From Bifidobacteriaceae bacterium (GTDB taxonomy: Bacteria > Actinomycetota > Actinomycetes > Actinomycetales > WQXJ01): a DNA stretch of 64,000 nt. Location of the stretch: contig JAITJZ010000036.1 in NCBI GenBank assembly GCA_031278655.1, positions 1,614-65,613 on the forward strand. Reading direction: 5' to 3'. Position 1 is the first letter of the stretch; every line of letters starts with the position of its first letter. The notes under the pieces are model-generated. The model did no database searches. It saw only the letters and a program-made list of their open reading frames with translations, and was not told where the DNA came from. A program made the position numbers and the translations under genes. Of this stretch, positions 43,011 through 52,174 are shown piece by piece.

Positions 43011-45330
43011 GATCCAGACCCGACTCAGCCGGAATCCGCTCAGCGCTGATGCGCCTGCGGAAGACCCAAATCGACCAAGCCTGGTAGGCCAACACGATCG
43101 GCACCAAGCAGATGGCCACAATGGTCATCAACTGCAGTGTCTTCTCGCTGGAAGCCGCCGCGTGGATCGGCTGACCGGTGATGACAGCACTGCCATCGTC
43201 CGCCCACTCCTCCAGCGGGACGAACGCGGCCAACGGCACCACGGCATCGTCCTTGTCTGTGACCATGCCGAGCGCGTGCAAAGCCGCCAACGCGCCGTTC
43301 GCGTTCTGGACCCGGCCGTTCAGGTTCGCCAAGCCAGAATCGTTGGGCCATGCCTCGCCGTTGGCGATCTTTGTCAGATCCATGCCGTCGACGAACTTCG
43401 GCGTCTTGGGATCATCGGCCACGGATTGCAGAACCACGACCACATCCCCCAAGACCGCCTGAACCGAACCGGCCACCGCGCCCAGCACGCCCTCGACCGT
43501 GGTCGGGAGCTGATCGATCGCCGCTTGGACGGTCTTTTCGACTTCCGCCACAACCGTCGCCGCCGGCAACCCACCGATGGTGGAACTGCCGGAGACGATG
43601 TCTGCGACCACGGCGCCAACAGTGGCGTCATCGGCGGGCAAGCCATTGCGGGCCAAGGTGATCTTGACAGTGGTGATGACGTCGCCGGCGGGAATGACCC
43701 CAGCCGCCACCGTCAACGAGCCATTGGCGATCCCCGGCACGTCCGCCAGCACCGCCGCCGTCAAGGCCTTGGCTTCCTCGCCGGCCTCGGCCTGGACATC
43801 GGCGTAGGTCAGCGCGCCGCTCTGGAGCGCCGCGCCCACCCGGGCGAAGGCCGCGGTGACCACCAACTGAACCTGCTCTTGGTCAATGGCGCCAGCGGCC
43901 GGGAACGTGCCGGCCAAGGAGTCGGCCAAGACCTTGGCGGTCAAGGCGGTGGCCGCCTCGCCCGGCGCGCCTTGGACGTCGGCCGGGTTCAGGCTGCCGT
44001 CGCCAACGGCGCCGGCCACCCGCTCGAACGTCTTGTCGACCACGAGTTTGACATCAGCCACGGGCAGCAACCCGGCTGGCCAGTACTCACTCGTGACGAT
44101 GGCCGTCCGGGCGCCGCTCTGAACATCTTCCGAAAGCAGATCGGTGACGATCAGCGGTGTCAGCGTCTCAGCCGTGTACGGGCTGGGATCGGCTTGCAAA
44201 TCCGCCGCCGCGGTCTTCTCCACTTCGGCGAAGGTCAGCGCCACCACGTCGTTGACATTCAGGCCAGCGCCGTCGTTGTCGGTTCCCAGGACGATCCGTC
44301 CAACGATCGGATCGGAAATCGCGTCGCCCTTCAGCGCCACATTCGACCCGTTGATGACGTTCGGGAACAGCGTGGCGAAGATGGTCACGACGGCCGCCAG
44401 CAGCGCCACCGTCATCGAGGTGAAGGCGAGGCCGAACTTCCTGGCCAGAGTCGTCAGGACGACCACGATCAAGCCCAGCGCCGCCACCGCGATGGCGATC
44501 CAGACCAAAGCCGTCGGGTGGTTGCCGCCCGCGAACTTCAGGCCCAGCCACACCACCCAGACGGCGGCGATGACCGTGGCCACGATCGACAGCTTGGGCG
44601 CCAGCGACTCGGAGCGCTGGCGGACCTCGCCGTCAGTCTTGAGCGACAAGAAGATGGCGCCGTGGGCCATGAACAAGGCCGCCGTGGTCAAACCGCCCAG
44701 GAGCAGGAAGCCCTGGTGGGCGAAGACCAGATCGAAGAAGGTGCCGTTGTAGACAATCTTCGACGGCCCGAGCTGCGTCGGGTCGACGGCCGCTTTGACG
44801 CCGGCGACCAGGTTGGCGAAGGCCACGCCCCACAGGATCGCGGGAATCCACGAACCCAGGATGATGCACCAATCCCAGAGCTTGCGCCAGCCGTCACCGT
44901 TGATCTTGCCGCGGTACTCGAAGGCCACGGCGCGGATGATCAGACCGACCAGAATCAGGAACAGCGGCAGATAAGCCGCGCTGAACAGGGTCGCATACCA
45001 TTCGGGGAAGGCCGCGAAGGTGGCGCCACCAGCTGTCAGCACCCAGACCTCGTTGCCGTCCCAGAGCGGGCCGATGGTCGAGAGCATCGCCCGGCGTTCG
45101 CTGTCCTTCTTGCCGATGATCGGCAACAACATGCCAACGCCGAAGTCGAAGCCTTCGAGCACCAGATAACCGGTCCACAGGACCGCGATCAAAGAGAACC
45201 ACAACAACTCCAGCCCGGTCGGCGCGGTCACCAGACGGTGCAGCAGCGAAACCAAGGCATTGGCGGTGGCTTCGGTCCCTGCCGGGTCGACCTCGGCTGC
45301 CGGAGCGAGAGCGAGAATGCTAGTCAACAT
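42997..45330 (-). CDS. cydB: Cytochrome bd oxidase subunit II with an insertion of about 390 aa
   Basis: LEGFDFGVG, IGPLWDGNEVW, AFPEWYA, final PIVLAYQAWSIWVFRRRI helix; RBS AAGGAG. Confidence 0.95.
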   Translation of the reverse strand: MLTSILALAPAAEVDPAGTEATANALVSLLHRLVTAPTGLELLWFSLIAVLWTGYLVLEGFDFGVGMLLPIIGKKDSERRAMLSTIGPLWDGNEVWVLTAGGATFAAFPEWYATLFSAAYLPLFLILVGLIIRAVAFEYRGKINGDGWRKLWDWCIILGSWIPAILWGVAFANLVAGVKAAVDPTQLGPSKIVYNGTFFDLVFAHQGFLLLGGLTTAALFMAHGAIFLSLKTDGEVRQRSESLAPKLSIVATVIAAVWVVWLGLKFAGGNHPTALVWIAIAVAALGLIVVVLTTLARKFGLAFTSMTVALLAAVVTIFATLFPNVINGSNVALKGDAISDPIVGRIVLGTDNDGAGLNVNDVVALTFAEVEKTAAADLQADPSPYTAETLTPLIVTDLLSEDVQSGARTAIVTSEYWPAGLLPVADVKLVVDKTFERVAGAVGDGSLNPADVQGAPGEAATALTAKVLADSLAGTFPAAGAIDQEQVQLVVTAAFARVGAALQSGALTYADVQAEAGEEAKALTAAVLADVPGIANGSLTVAAGVIPAGDVITTVKITLARNGLPADDATVGAVVADIVSGSSTIGGLPAATVVAEVEKTVQAAIDQLPTTVEGVLGAVAGSVQAVLGDVVVVLQSVADDPKTPKFVDGMDLTKIANGEAWPNDSGLANLNGRVQNANGALAALHALGMVTDKDDAVVPLAAFVPLEEWADDGSAVITGQPIHAAASSEKTLQLMTIVAICLVPIVLAYQAWSIWVFRRRISAERIPAESGLDPAKI

Positions 45331-45353
45331 CAGATTTTCTCCTTAGCTCCGAC

Positions 45354-46898
45354 TCAGTAAGAGAAGGTCAGCGGCTTGGACTCGTCCAAGTCGGCCTTCA
45401 CTTCGGGGATGGCTTCGTCGTAGTTGAGGCCCTTGGACGTGTACCGCTTCATCAGGTAGAACCAAGCGATCGCCAGGACCAAATAGATCAGCGTGAAAGA
45501 GATCACCGTCAGCCAGATCGAGCCCGCGCTCACCACCGGCGAGACCGCGTCGACGGTCTGCAGCGACAGATCCGTCCCAACGCCGCTGAGCACATGCTCG
45601 GGCGTCAGCGTGGCGACCGGGTAGACGATGAACGGCTGGCGACCGATCTCGGTGAAGATCCAGCCGAAGCTGCCCGCCAGGAACGGCATCGGCAGGGACA
45701 GCAGCGCCCAGAACTTCAGGAAGCCGCTGCCGGTGGTCCGCCGCCCGCGCAAGGCCCACAGGCCGACCAGCGCCAACACCGCCGAGAACGCGCCCAGCGC
45801 GATCATCAGGCGGAAGGACCAGAACGTGACCCCCTGCGGCGGAATCCAGTCGATGCCCGCGGCTTCTTCTGGCGTCAGGTAGGCGTCGTCCAAGACCTGC
45901 TCGGCCGTGTTCATGCCGGTCACCTTGGCGCTGCCATCGCTCCAAGCCAGCCACGAGAGCAGCTTCGGGATTTCGATGAGGCGGTTGACGCCATCGTTTG
46001 CCTTGGGGTCATTCAGGTCGGGATTCTCGATCGCCTCCTGGGTGCATTCGCCGAAGGCGATGACGGTGAAGCCGGCGCCCTCGCCTTCGTCAGGCGTGAC
46101 GCAGAGCAACTCGGCGGCCGCCATCTTGGTCGGCTGCAATTCGGTGATGACCTGGGCCTGATGATGGCCGGAGAAGATCAGGGAAATGCCTGCGATCAGC
46201 ACGGCCCAGCAGCCCACGGCCCCGCCGAGGCGGTAAACCTGGGCCGATTCCTCGTTGCCGGCCCGCACCGCCCGCACGACCCACCAGATCGCGATGCCGG
46301 CCATGAAGGTGCCGGCCACCACGAAGGAGGTCGAGATGGTGTGCCAGAAGGTCGACAGCGACAGCTTCGAGAACAGCACCTCACCCAGGTTGTCCATCTG
46401 GGCGCGCTGGAGATCGGAGTTGAAACTGGAGCCGGCCGGATACTGCATGAACGAGTTGGCGGCCAGGATGAAGAAGGCCGAGAGATTGACGGCGAAGGCC
46501 ACCAGCCAGATCGTCAGCAGGTGGACGCCGCGCGAGAGCCGGCCCCAGCCGAAGATCCAGATGCCGAGGAAGGTCGACTCGATGAAGAACGCTGCCAGCG
46601 CCTCCATGGCCAGGGGTGCGCCGAAGATGTCGCCCACCATGCGCGAGTATTCGGACCAGTTCAAACCGAACTGGAACTCTTGGACGATGCCGGTGACAAT
46701 ACCCAGCGCGAAGTTAATCAGTAAGAGCTTGCCGAAGAATCGTGTCAGGCGGTACCACTCGTCTCTGCCGGTCTTGAACCAGAAGGTCTGGAGCAAGGCC
46801 ACCAAGGGCGTCAAGCCGATGGTTAGCGGCACAAAGATGAAGTGGTACACAGTGGTGATGCCGAACTGCCATCTAGCTAGATCAAGCGCGTCTTGCAT
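45354..46898 (-). CDS. cydA: Cytochrome bd oxidase subunit I
   Basis: LARWQFGITTVYHFIF, QEFQFG.NW, QPTKMAAAE, FRLM, TEIGRQP. Confidence 0.97.
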   Translation of the reverse strand: MQDALDLARWQFGITTVYHFIFVPLTIGLTPLVALLQTFWFKTGRDEWYRLTRFFGKLLLINFALGIVTGIVQEFQFGLNWSEYSRMVGDIFGAPLAMEALAAFFIESTFLGIWIFGWGRLSRGVHLLTIWLVAFAVNLSAFFILAANSFMQYPAGSSFNSDLQRAQMDNLGEVLFSKLSLSTFWHTISTSFVVAGTFMAGIAIWWVVRAVRAGNEESAQVYRLGGAVGCWAVLIAGISLIFSGHHQAQVITELQPTKMAAAELLCVTPDEGEGAGFTVIAFGECTQEAIENPDLNDPKANDGVNRLIEIPKLLSWLAWSDGSAKVTGMNTAEQVLDDAYLTPEEAAGIDWIPPQGVTFWSFRLMIALGAFSAVLALVGLWALRGRRTTGSGFLKFWALLSLPMPFLAGSFGWIFTEIGRQPFIVYPVATLTPEHVLSGVGTDLSLQTVDAVSPVVSAGSIWLTVISFTLIYLVLAIAWFYLMKRYTSKGLNYDEAIPEVKADLDESKPLTFSY

Positions 46899-47120
46899 GT
46901 GCACCTCCGCAGTGAGGTTAGGGAACGAAAGGGACAGATTTTAAGTTGTTAGCCGGGCAGGGGCGAACGCGCCCGAAGCCATGTTTCACGCTATGTTGAA
47001 CCGGCTCAGGTTCATGGGCCTTAGGTCCCAAAGTCTTCACAGTTTCTGCCAACTTCTTCACGATTGAACCCACTTTGACGACGACTTCGGTAGGAGTACT
47101 CCCTTTGACAGGACATTTAG

Positions 47121-47360
47121 CCGCAGCGCCGACACGCCTGCGACCGGCCCGGTCAGCCATGTGTCATACTGGACGTGGTTTTGCGGCCCGCCACGCCGGT
47201 CGCCGGACCAGATGATGTCATCGCCGCCCTTGTGGTTTCCGGCCTCGGAATTAGGCTGGCCCAAGGCGAGTACTCGGTCGAGGCAGAGGTCGTTCAGGGC
47301 CTTTTCTCCCGGCTGGCACAGGCATCAGACAGCAGAGGCTTACACGGCCCACTCGCCTGA
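47121..47360 (+). pseudogene. Relic 3' end of a TIGR03936-type radical-SAM-associated gene
   Basis: GQPCVILDVVLRPATPVAGPDDVIAAL...RLAQG...GPLA* resembles the CAILRLVVRH.TPAVRPDDVL...RLAQG...DPL C-terminus I recall for this family; in-frame TAG at 47118. Confidence 0.65.
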
Positions 47361-47435
47361 AATCGGGCGGGGGCCGTGCGTAACTGGCAGCCGCCGGTCT
47401 TGGCGTGGCGTCACGGTGGCGCCTTGGAGTAATTC

Positions 47436-50321
47436 GTGACCGAAGAACAACCGCAACTCGAAATTGAGTTGCCCAAAGCCCGTCAACGCGCGCCTCGGCG
47501 CGCCACCGCCAGCCAGGCGTCTCCCGACATCAAGGCCCTCGACCAGTTGGTCGACCTGAGCGACGCCATTTCCCGGCGCTCGGAACGGCAGTCGGCCGAG
47601 TCTGGCGCCCAGCCCGCCCAGCCGGACGCGGCGCCGCGCCGGGCCCGGTCCGCCAGGTCCGCGGCCAGGTCCGCCACCGGGTCGAAGACAGCGCCCGATG
47701 CCGCCAAGGGGCCATTGGACGAAGCCCCGGCCGGGGCGCAGTCCGGGACCGGCGGCGCGGACGCACGCCCGGCCAGGAGGCGCGCGACCGCCAAGCGCGC
47801 CGGCGGCCGCCAAGCGGCGCCCGGCGCCGAGGCCGCGCCGGACGCCGCCCCGACCGAGTCCCAGCCGCAGGCCGCGTCAGCGAAGGCCCAGCCGCAAGCC
47901 GCGCCCGATGGCGTCCAGCCGCAAGCCGCGTCAGCCAAGGGCCAGCCGCAGGCCGCGCCAGATGGGGCCGCGTCAGATGGGGCCGCGCCAGATGGGGCCG
48001 CGCCCAAGGCCACCGCCAAGACCAAGAGCACCAGCCGGCGCGCCAGCGCCAAGGCCACCCAGACGGCCACCCAGACGGCGGCCCAGACGGCGGCGGGCGA
48101 GGCGCCAGCGCCGGTCGGCGGACGCTTGCCCATGACGGCGCTCCTTTTCCAGGCCCCGGTCCTGGCGCCGCCGCGCCGGCGCGCCGGCGCCTCAGCCGCG
48201 CCGGAAGACCCGGACGACGACCTCGAACCCGGGCTGGGCGCCGGCCCTGACCAAGACGGCGGCCCGGCCGACCAAGCGTCGCAGCCCTCGGCCCAAACGG
48301 GCGGGCAAGCAGGCGCCCAATCCGCCAGCCGCTCCCGGCGGCGGCGGGCCACCGCCAAGGCGAGCCCCGACCAAGGCGACGGCGCGGCGGCGGGCGATGG
48401 CACGGCATCGGGCAACGGCGGCGAAACCGGCGGCAAAGACGACCAACGCGGCCCCGCCGACGAGGACGGCCAAACCGCGCCGGCCGAGGCCCCAGAAGCA
48501 GAGGAATCGGGCTCGCGCCGCCGGCGGCGCCGCAGCCGCGAAGGGCGCAAAACCGAAGGCGGCGCCCAGGTTGTCGCGTCCGTGTCCGGATCGACGCGCC
48601 TGGAGGCCAAACGCCAACGCCGCAAGGAGGGACGCGAGACCGGGCGGCGGCGCATGCAGATCACCGAGGCGGAGTTCCTGGCCCGCCGTGAATCGGTCGA
48701 ACGGCGGATGGTGGTGCGCGAACGCGACGGGCGCACACAGATCGCCGTGCTCGAAGACGGCGTGCTGGTGGAGCATTACGTGGCCCAGCGCACCCAGCAT
48801 TCAATGGTCGGCAACGTCTACCTGGGGCGCGTCCAAAATGTGCTGCCGTCGATGGAGGCCGCCTTCGTTGACGTGGGACGCGGGCGCAACGCCGTCCTCT
48901 ACGCCGGCGAGGTCAACTGGGACGCCGCCGGCCTGGAGGGCCAACCGCGCCGGATCGAACTGGCGCTGGCGAGCGGCGACGCGGTCATGGTGCAGGTCAC
49001 CAAGGACCCGATCGGGCACAAGGGCTCGCGCCTGACCTCGCAGATCACCCTGGCGGGGCGGTATCTGGTGCTGGTGCCGGACGGCTCGATGACCGGCATC
49101 TCGCGCAAACTGCCGGAGACCGAGCGCCAGCGGTTGAAGAAGCTGCTGAAAGAGATCGTGCCGCAAGGCTCGGGGGTGATTGTGCGCACGGCGGCCGAGG
49201 GCGCCTCCGACGCGGAGCTGAAAGCCGACGTCGAACGCCTCGTCGCCGCTTGGGCCAAGATTCAACAGAAGGCGACCACGGCCCAGGCCCCGGCGCTGCT
49301 CAAGGGCGAGCCGGACCTGGCCATCCGGGTGGTGCGGGACATTTTCAACGCCGACTTCACGTCGCTGACCGTCTCCGGCGCCAGCGCCTGGGACGACATC
49401 AGCGGCTACCTCACGGAGATCGCCCCCGAACTGTGCGACCGCGTCCAACGTTGGACCTTAGACCAGGACGTTTTCCAGGCCGACCGGATCGACGAGCAGT
49501 TGTCCAAGGGCATGGACCGCAAGGTCTGGCTGCCGTCCGGCGGCTCGCTGGTGATCGACCGGACCGAGGCCATGACCGTGATCGACGTCAACACCGGCAA
49601 GTTCACCGGGTCCGGCGGCTCCCTGGAGGAGACCGTCACCCGCAACAACCTGGAGGCGGCCGAAGAGATTGTGCGCCAGCTGCGGCTGCGGGACATCGGC
49701 GGGATCATCGTCATCGACTTCATCGACATGGTCCTGGAGTCGAACCGCGACCTGGTGCTGCGCCGTCTGGTCGAGGCGTTGGCCCGCGACCGCACCCGTC
49801 ACCAGGTGGCCGAGGTCACCTCGTTGGGGCTGGTCCAGATGACCCGCAAACGGGTCGGTCAGGGGTTGGTCGAGGCCTTCTCCGAGACCTGCGAGGCTTG
49901 CGGCGGGCGCGGTTTCATTGTCCACGCCGATCCGGTCGAGCGCGACACGTCGCGCTCCGACGGGGCTGGTGGCGGCCGGGGTTCGGGCGGTTCCGGCGGT
50001 TCCGGGGGTTCCGGGGGCGCGGAGGGCGGCTCGAAACGCAAGAAGCGCGGCGGCAAGAAGCACCGCCGCAAGGCCGCCGATGCCGCCGGGCCGGATTCCA
50101 GCGCCGCCCCCGGGAACGCTGGCAACGGCTCGGGCGGCGGACGCGCGGGCGGCGCCCCGGTCCTGGCCGAAACCCCGCCCGAGGCCAAGGCGACCCTGGC
50201 CTCAATCGCCGCCGCGGCCGCCGCCTCACGCGAGACCGCCGAAACCAAAGCCGCGCCGGGCGCCGCCAGCCACAGCCCGGCGACGCCGGACACGCCCGCC
50301 TCAAACACCACAGCAACCTAA
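47436..50321 (+). CDS. rne: Ribonuclease E/G family, actinobacterial type with disordered flanks
   Basis: GSTRLEAKRQRR, VGNVYLGRVQNVLPSMEAAFVD, IDVNTG, IDFIDM, CEACGGRG. Confidence 0.97.
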   Translation: MTEEQPQLEIELPKARQRAPRRATASQASPDIKALDQLVDLSDAISRRSERQSAESGAQPAQPDAAPRRARSARSAARSATGSKTAPDAAKGPLDEAPAGAQSGTGGADARPARRRATAKRAGGRQAAPGAEAAPDAAPTESQPQAASAKAQPQAAPDGVQPQAASAKGQPQAAPDGAASDGAAPDGAAPKATAKTKSTSRRASAKATQTATQTAAQTAAGEAPAPVGGRLPMTALLFQAPVLAPPRRRAGASAAPEDPDDDLEPGLGAGPDQDGGPADQASQPSAQTGGQAGAQSASRSRRRRATAKASPDQGDGAAAGDGTASGNGGETGGKDDQRGPADEDGQTAPAEAPEAEESGSRRRRRRSREGRKTEGGAQVVASVSGSTRLEAKRQRRKEGRETGRRRMQITEAEFLARRESVERRMVVRERDGRTQIAVLEDGVLVEHYVAQRTQHSMVGNVYLGRVQNVLPSMEAAFVDVGRGRNAVLYAGEVNWDAAGLEGQPRRIELALASGDAVMVQVTKDPIGHKGSRLTSQITLAGRYLVLVPDGSMTGISRKLPETERQRLKKLLKEIVPQGSGVIVRTAAEGASDAELKADVERLVAAWAKIQQKATTAQAPALLKGEPDLAIRVVRDIFNADFTSLTVSGASAWDDISGYLTEIAPELCDRVQRWTLDQDVFQADRIDEQLSKGMDRKVWLPSGGSLVIDRTEAMTVIDVNTGKFTGSGGSLEETVTRNNLEAAEEIVRQLRLRDIGGIIVIDFIDMVLESNRDLVLRRLVEALARDRTRHQVAEVTSLGLVQMTRKRVGQGLVEAFSETCEACGGRGFIVHADPVERDTSRSDGAGGGRGSGGSGGSGGSGGAEGGSKRKKRGGKKHRRKAADAAGPDSSAAPGNAGNGSGGGRAGGAPVLAETPPEAKATLASIAAAAAASRETAETKAAPGAASHSPATPDTPASNTTAT
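47862..48095. repeat. In-frame tandem repeats in the rne N-terminus (QPQAA x4, DGAA x3, ATQT units)
   Basis: 27-, 15- and 12-bp units seen directly. Confidence 0.8.
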
Positions 50322-50362
50322 CGGCACATTCCCACAGCCGACCAATGTAGGATCAGCGGTTG

Positions 50363-52174
50363 ATGAAGCCCCTCGATCCGCGACTGATCAGGCATGCGCG
50401 CGCCGCTCGCAGCTACATGGTTCTGACGGCCATGCTCGGTGTGGTGATGTCGGTGGCGGTGGTCTGCCAAGCCATCTTGGTGGCGCGGGGCGTGGGCGGA
50501 TTGGCCTCAGGCGTCGGGTTCGGGCCGGAGGAATGGACGCGCCTGCTGGGGGCCGTCGGGCTGATCGTGGTCATCCGCGTGGCCGTGGCCTGGACGCAGG
50601 AGCGCTTCGCGCACCGGGCGGCGGCTGAGACCATCGCCGAATTGCGGGGCTCGGTGCTGAAACACGTGGTGGCGCTGGGGCCGCGCTTCGAGGCCGAGGG
50701 CGGCGCCGCCAAGGCGGCGCAGCTGGTGACACGCGGGCTGGACGCCCTCGACGCCTATTTCACGCGCTACCTGCCGCAACTGTTGATGGTGGTGACGGTG
50801 ACGCCGATCCTCCTGGTGGTGGCCGGATTCGTGGACTGGATCTCAGCCATCATCATGTTTGTGACGGTCCCCCTGATCCCGGTCTTCATGGTGCTGATCG
50901 GGCGGCTGACAGAGGCCTATTCCGCCCGCCGCCTCGCCACCATGACGAACCTGGGCGCTCAGGTCATGGACCTCATCACCGGGCTGCCAACGCTCAAGGC
51001 CCTTGGCCGTGAGAAGGGGCCGGCGGCGCGCGTGCGCAAATTGTCTGTGGCCCACCAGAAGGCCACCTTCGCCACCGTCCGGGTGGCCTTCTTGTCCGGG
51101 GCCGCCCTGGAATTGATCGCCACCTTGTCGGTGGCGCTGGTGGCGGTGGCGGTCGGCTTGCGCCTGCAAGCCGGGCGCATGGACCTGATTGACGGCTTGG
51201 CCATCATCATGATCGCGCCGGAGATCTATCTGCCGCTGCGCAACGTCGGCGCGCACTTCCACGCCTCCGCCAACGGCGTGGCCGCCTCCAACCGCGCCTT
51301 CGACCTGCTGGCGGTGCCGGCGCCGCCGGCCGGGCGCCTCCCGGCCCCAGATTTGGCCGCCGCCACGATCATCTTTGAGCAGGTCTGCGTCGACGCGCCC
51401 GGGCGCGGCTACCAAGCCCCGGCCGACCTCTCCTTCACCTTGCCGCCGGGCGCCCTGACCGCGCTGACCGGCCCCAACGGGGCCGGCAAATCGACCGCCG
51501 TGGCGGTGCTGCTGGGTCTGACGCGGCCGACATCGGGCCGGGTGATGGTCCAACCCGGCGACGGCTCGGCGGCGCTCGACCTCAGCCAGATCGACCCGCC
51601 AAGCTGGTGGGCGCAGATCGCCTGGGCGCCGCAGCGCCCCGCGCTCGCGCCCGGGACCGTGCTCCAAAACCTGCTCGAGGTCTACGACTCGGACCCGGCG
51701 GCGACCGCCGCCGTCGAACGGGCGGCGCGCGCCGCCGGTTTCGACTCCGTTGTCAGGTCGCTGCCCTCCGGTTGGCAAACGAGGATCGGCCACGGCGGCC
51801 TGGGATTGTCGGTCGGCCAGCGTCAACGCCTGGCCCTGGCCCGGGTCTTCCTCCAAGACAAGCCGCTCGTCATCTTGGACGAGCCGACCGCCCACCTCGA
51901 CGCCGCCACCGAGGAACAGGTGCTGGCGTCCATCCGGTCGCTCGGGCGCCAGGGCCGCACGGTGCTGCTGGTGGCGCATCGCCAGACGCTGCGCGCCCAA
52001 GCCCAAAGTTCGGTGGCGGTCCGCTCGACCGCTGTGGACGGGGCGGAACTGGTGGCCGCGGGCGGGCCGACGGCGGGGGGCGCTGGGTCCGCCGCGACGG
52101 CATCGGGAACGGGCGATGCCGACGCGACCGGCGCCGGCCCGACGGGCGCCCACACGAACGGGGACGCGCCATGA
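50363..52174 (+). CDS. cydD: Thiol/heme ABC exporter subunit CydD
   Basis: MKPLDPRL, YFTRYLPQL, APEIYLPLR..GAHFHASA, GPNGAGKST, LSVGQRQR. Confidence 0.93.
   Translation: MKPLDPRLIRHARAARSYMVLTAMLGVVMSVAVVCQAILVARGVGGLASGVGFGPEEWTRLLGAVGLIVVIRVAVAWTQERFAHRAAAETIAELRGSVLKHVVALGPRFEAEGGAAKAAQLVTRGLDALDAYFTRYLPQLLMVVTVTPILLVVAGFVDWISAIIMFVTVPLIPVFMVLIGRLTEAYSARRLATMTNLGAQVMDLITGLPTLKALGREKGPAARVRKLSVAHQKATFATVRVAFLSGAALELIATLSVALVAVAVGLRLQAGRMDLIDGLAIIMIAPEIYLPLRNVGAHFHASANGVAASNRAFDLLAVPAPPAGRLPAPDLAAATIIFEQVCVDAPGRGYQAPADLSFTLPPGALTALTGPNGAGKSTAVAVLLGLTRPTSGRVMVQPGDGSAALDLSQIDPPSWWAQIAWAPQRPALAPGTVLQNLLEVYDSDPAATAAVERAARAAGFDSVVRSLPSGWQTRIGHGGLGLSVGQRQRLALARVFLQDKPLVILDEPTAHLDAATEEQVLASIRSLGRQGRTVLLVAHRQTLRAQAQSSVAVRSTAVDGAELVAAGGPTAGGAGSAATASGTGDADATGAGPTGAHTNGDAP

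Noticed and set aside
43175-44340. CydB insert as an intein or cytochrome c domain
   Set aside because: No C-terminal His-Asn splice motif, no LAGLIDADG motif, and no CxxCH.
47436-48600. Long disordered RNase E N-terminus
   Set aside because: Typical of actinobacterial RNase E.
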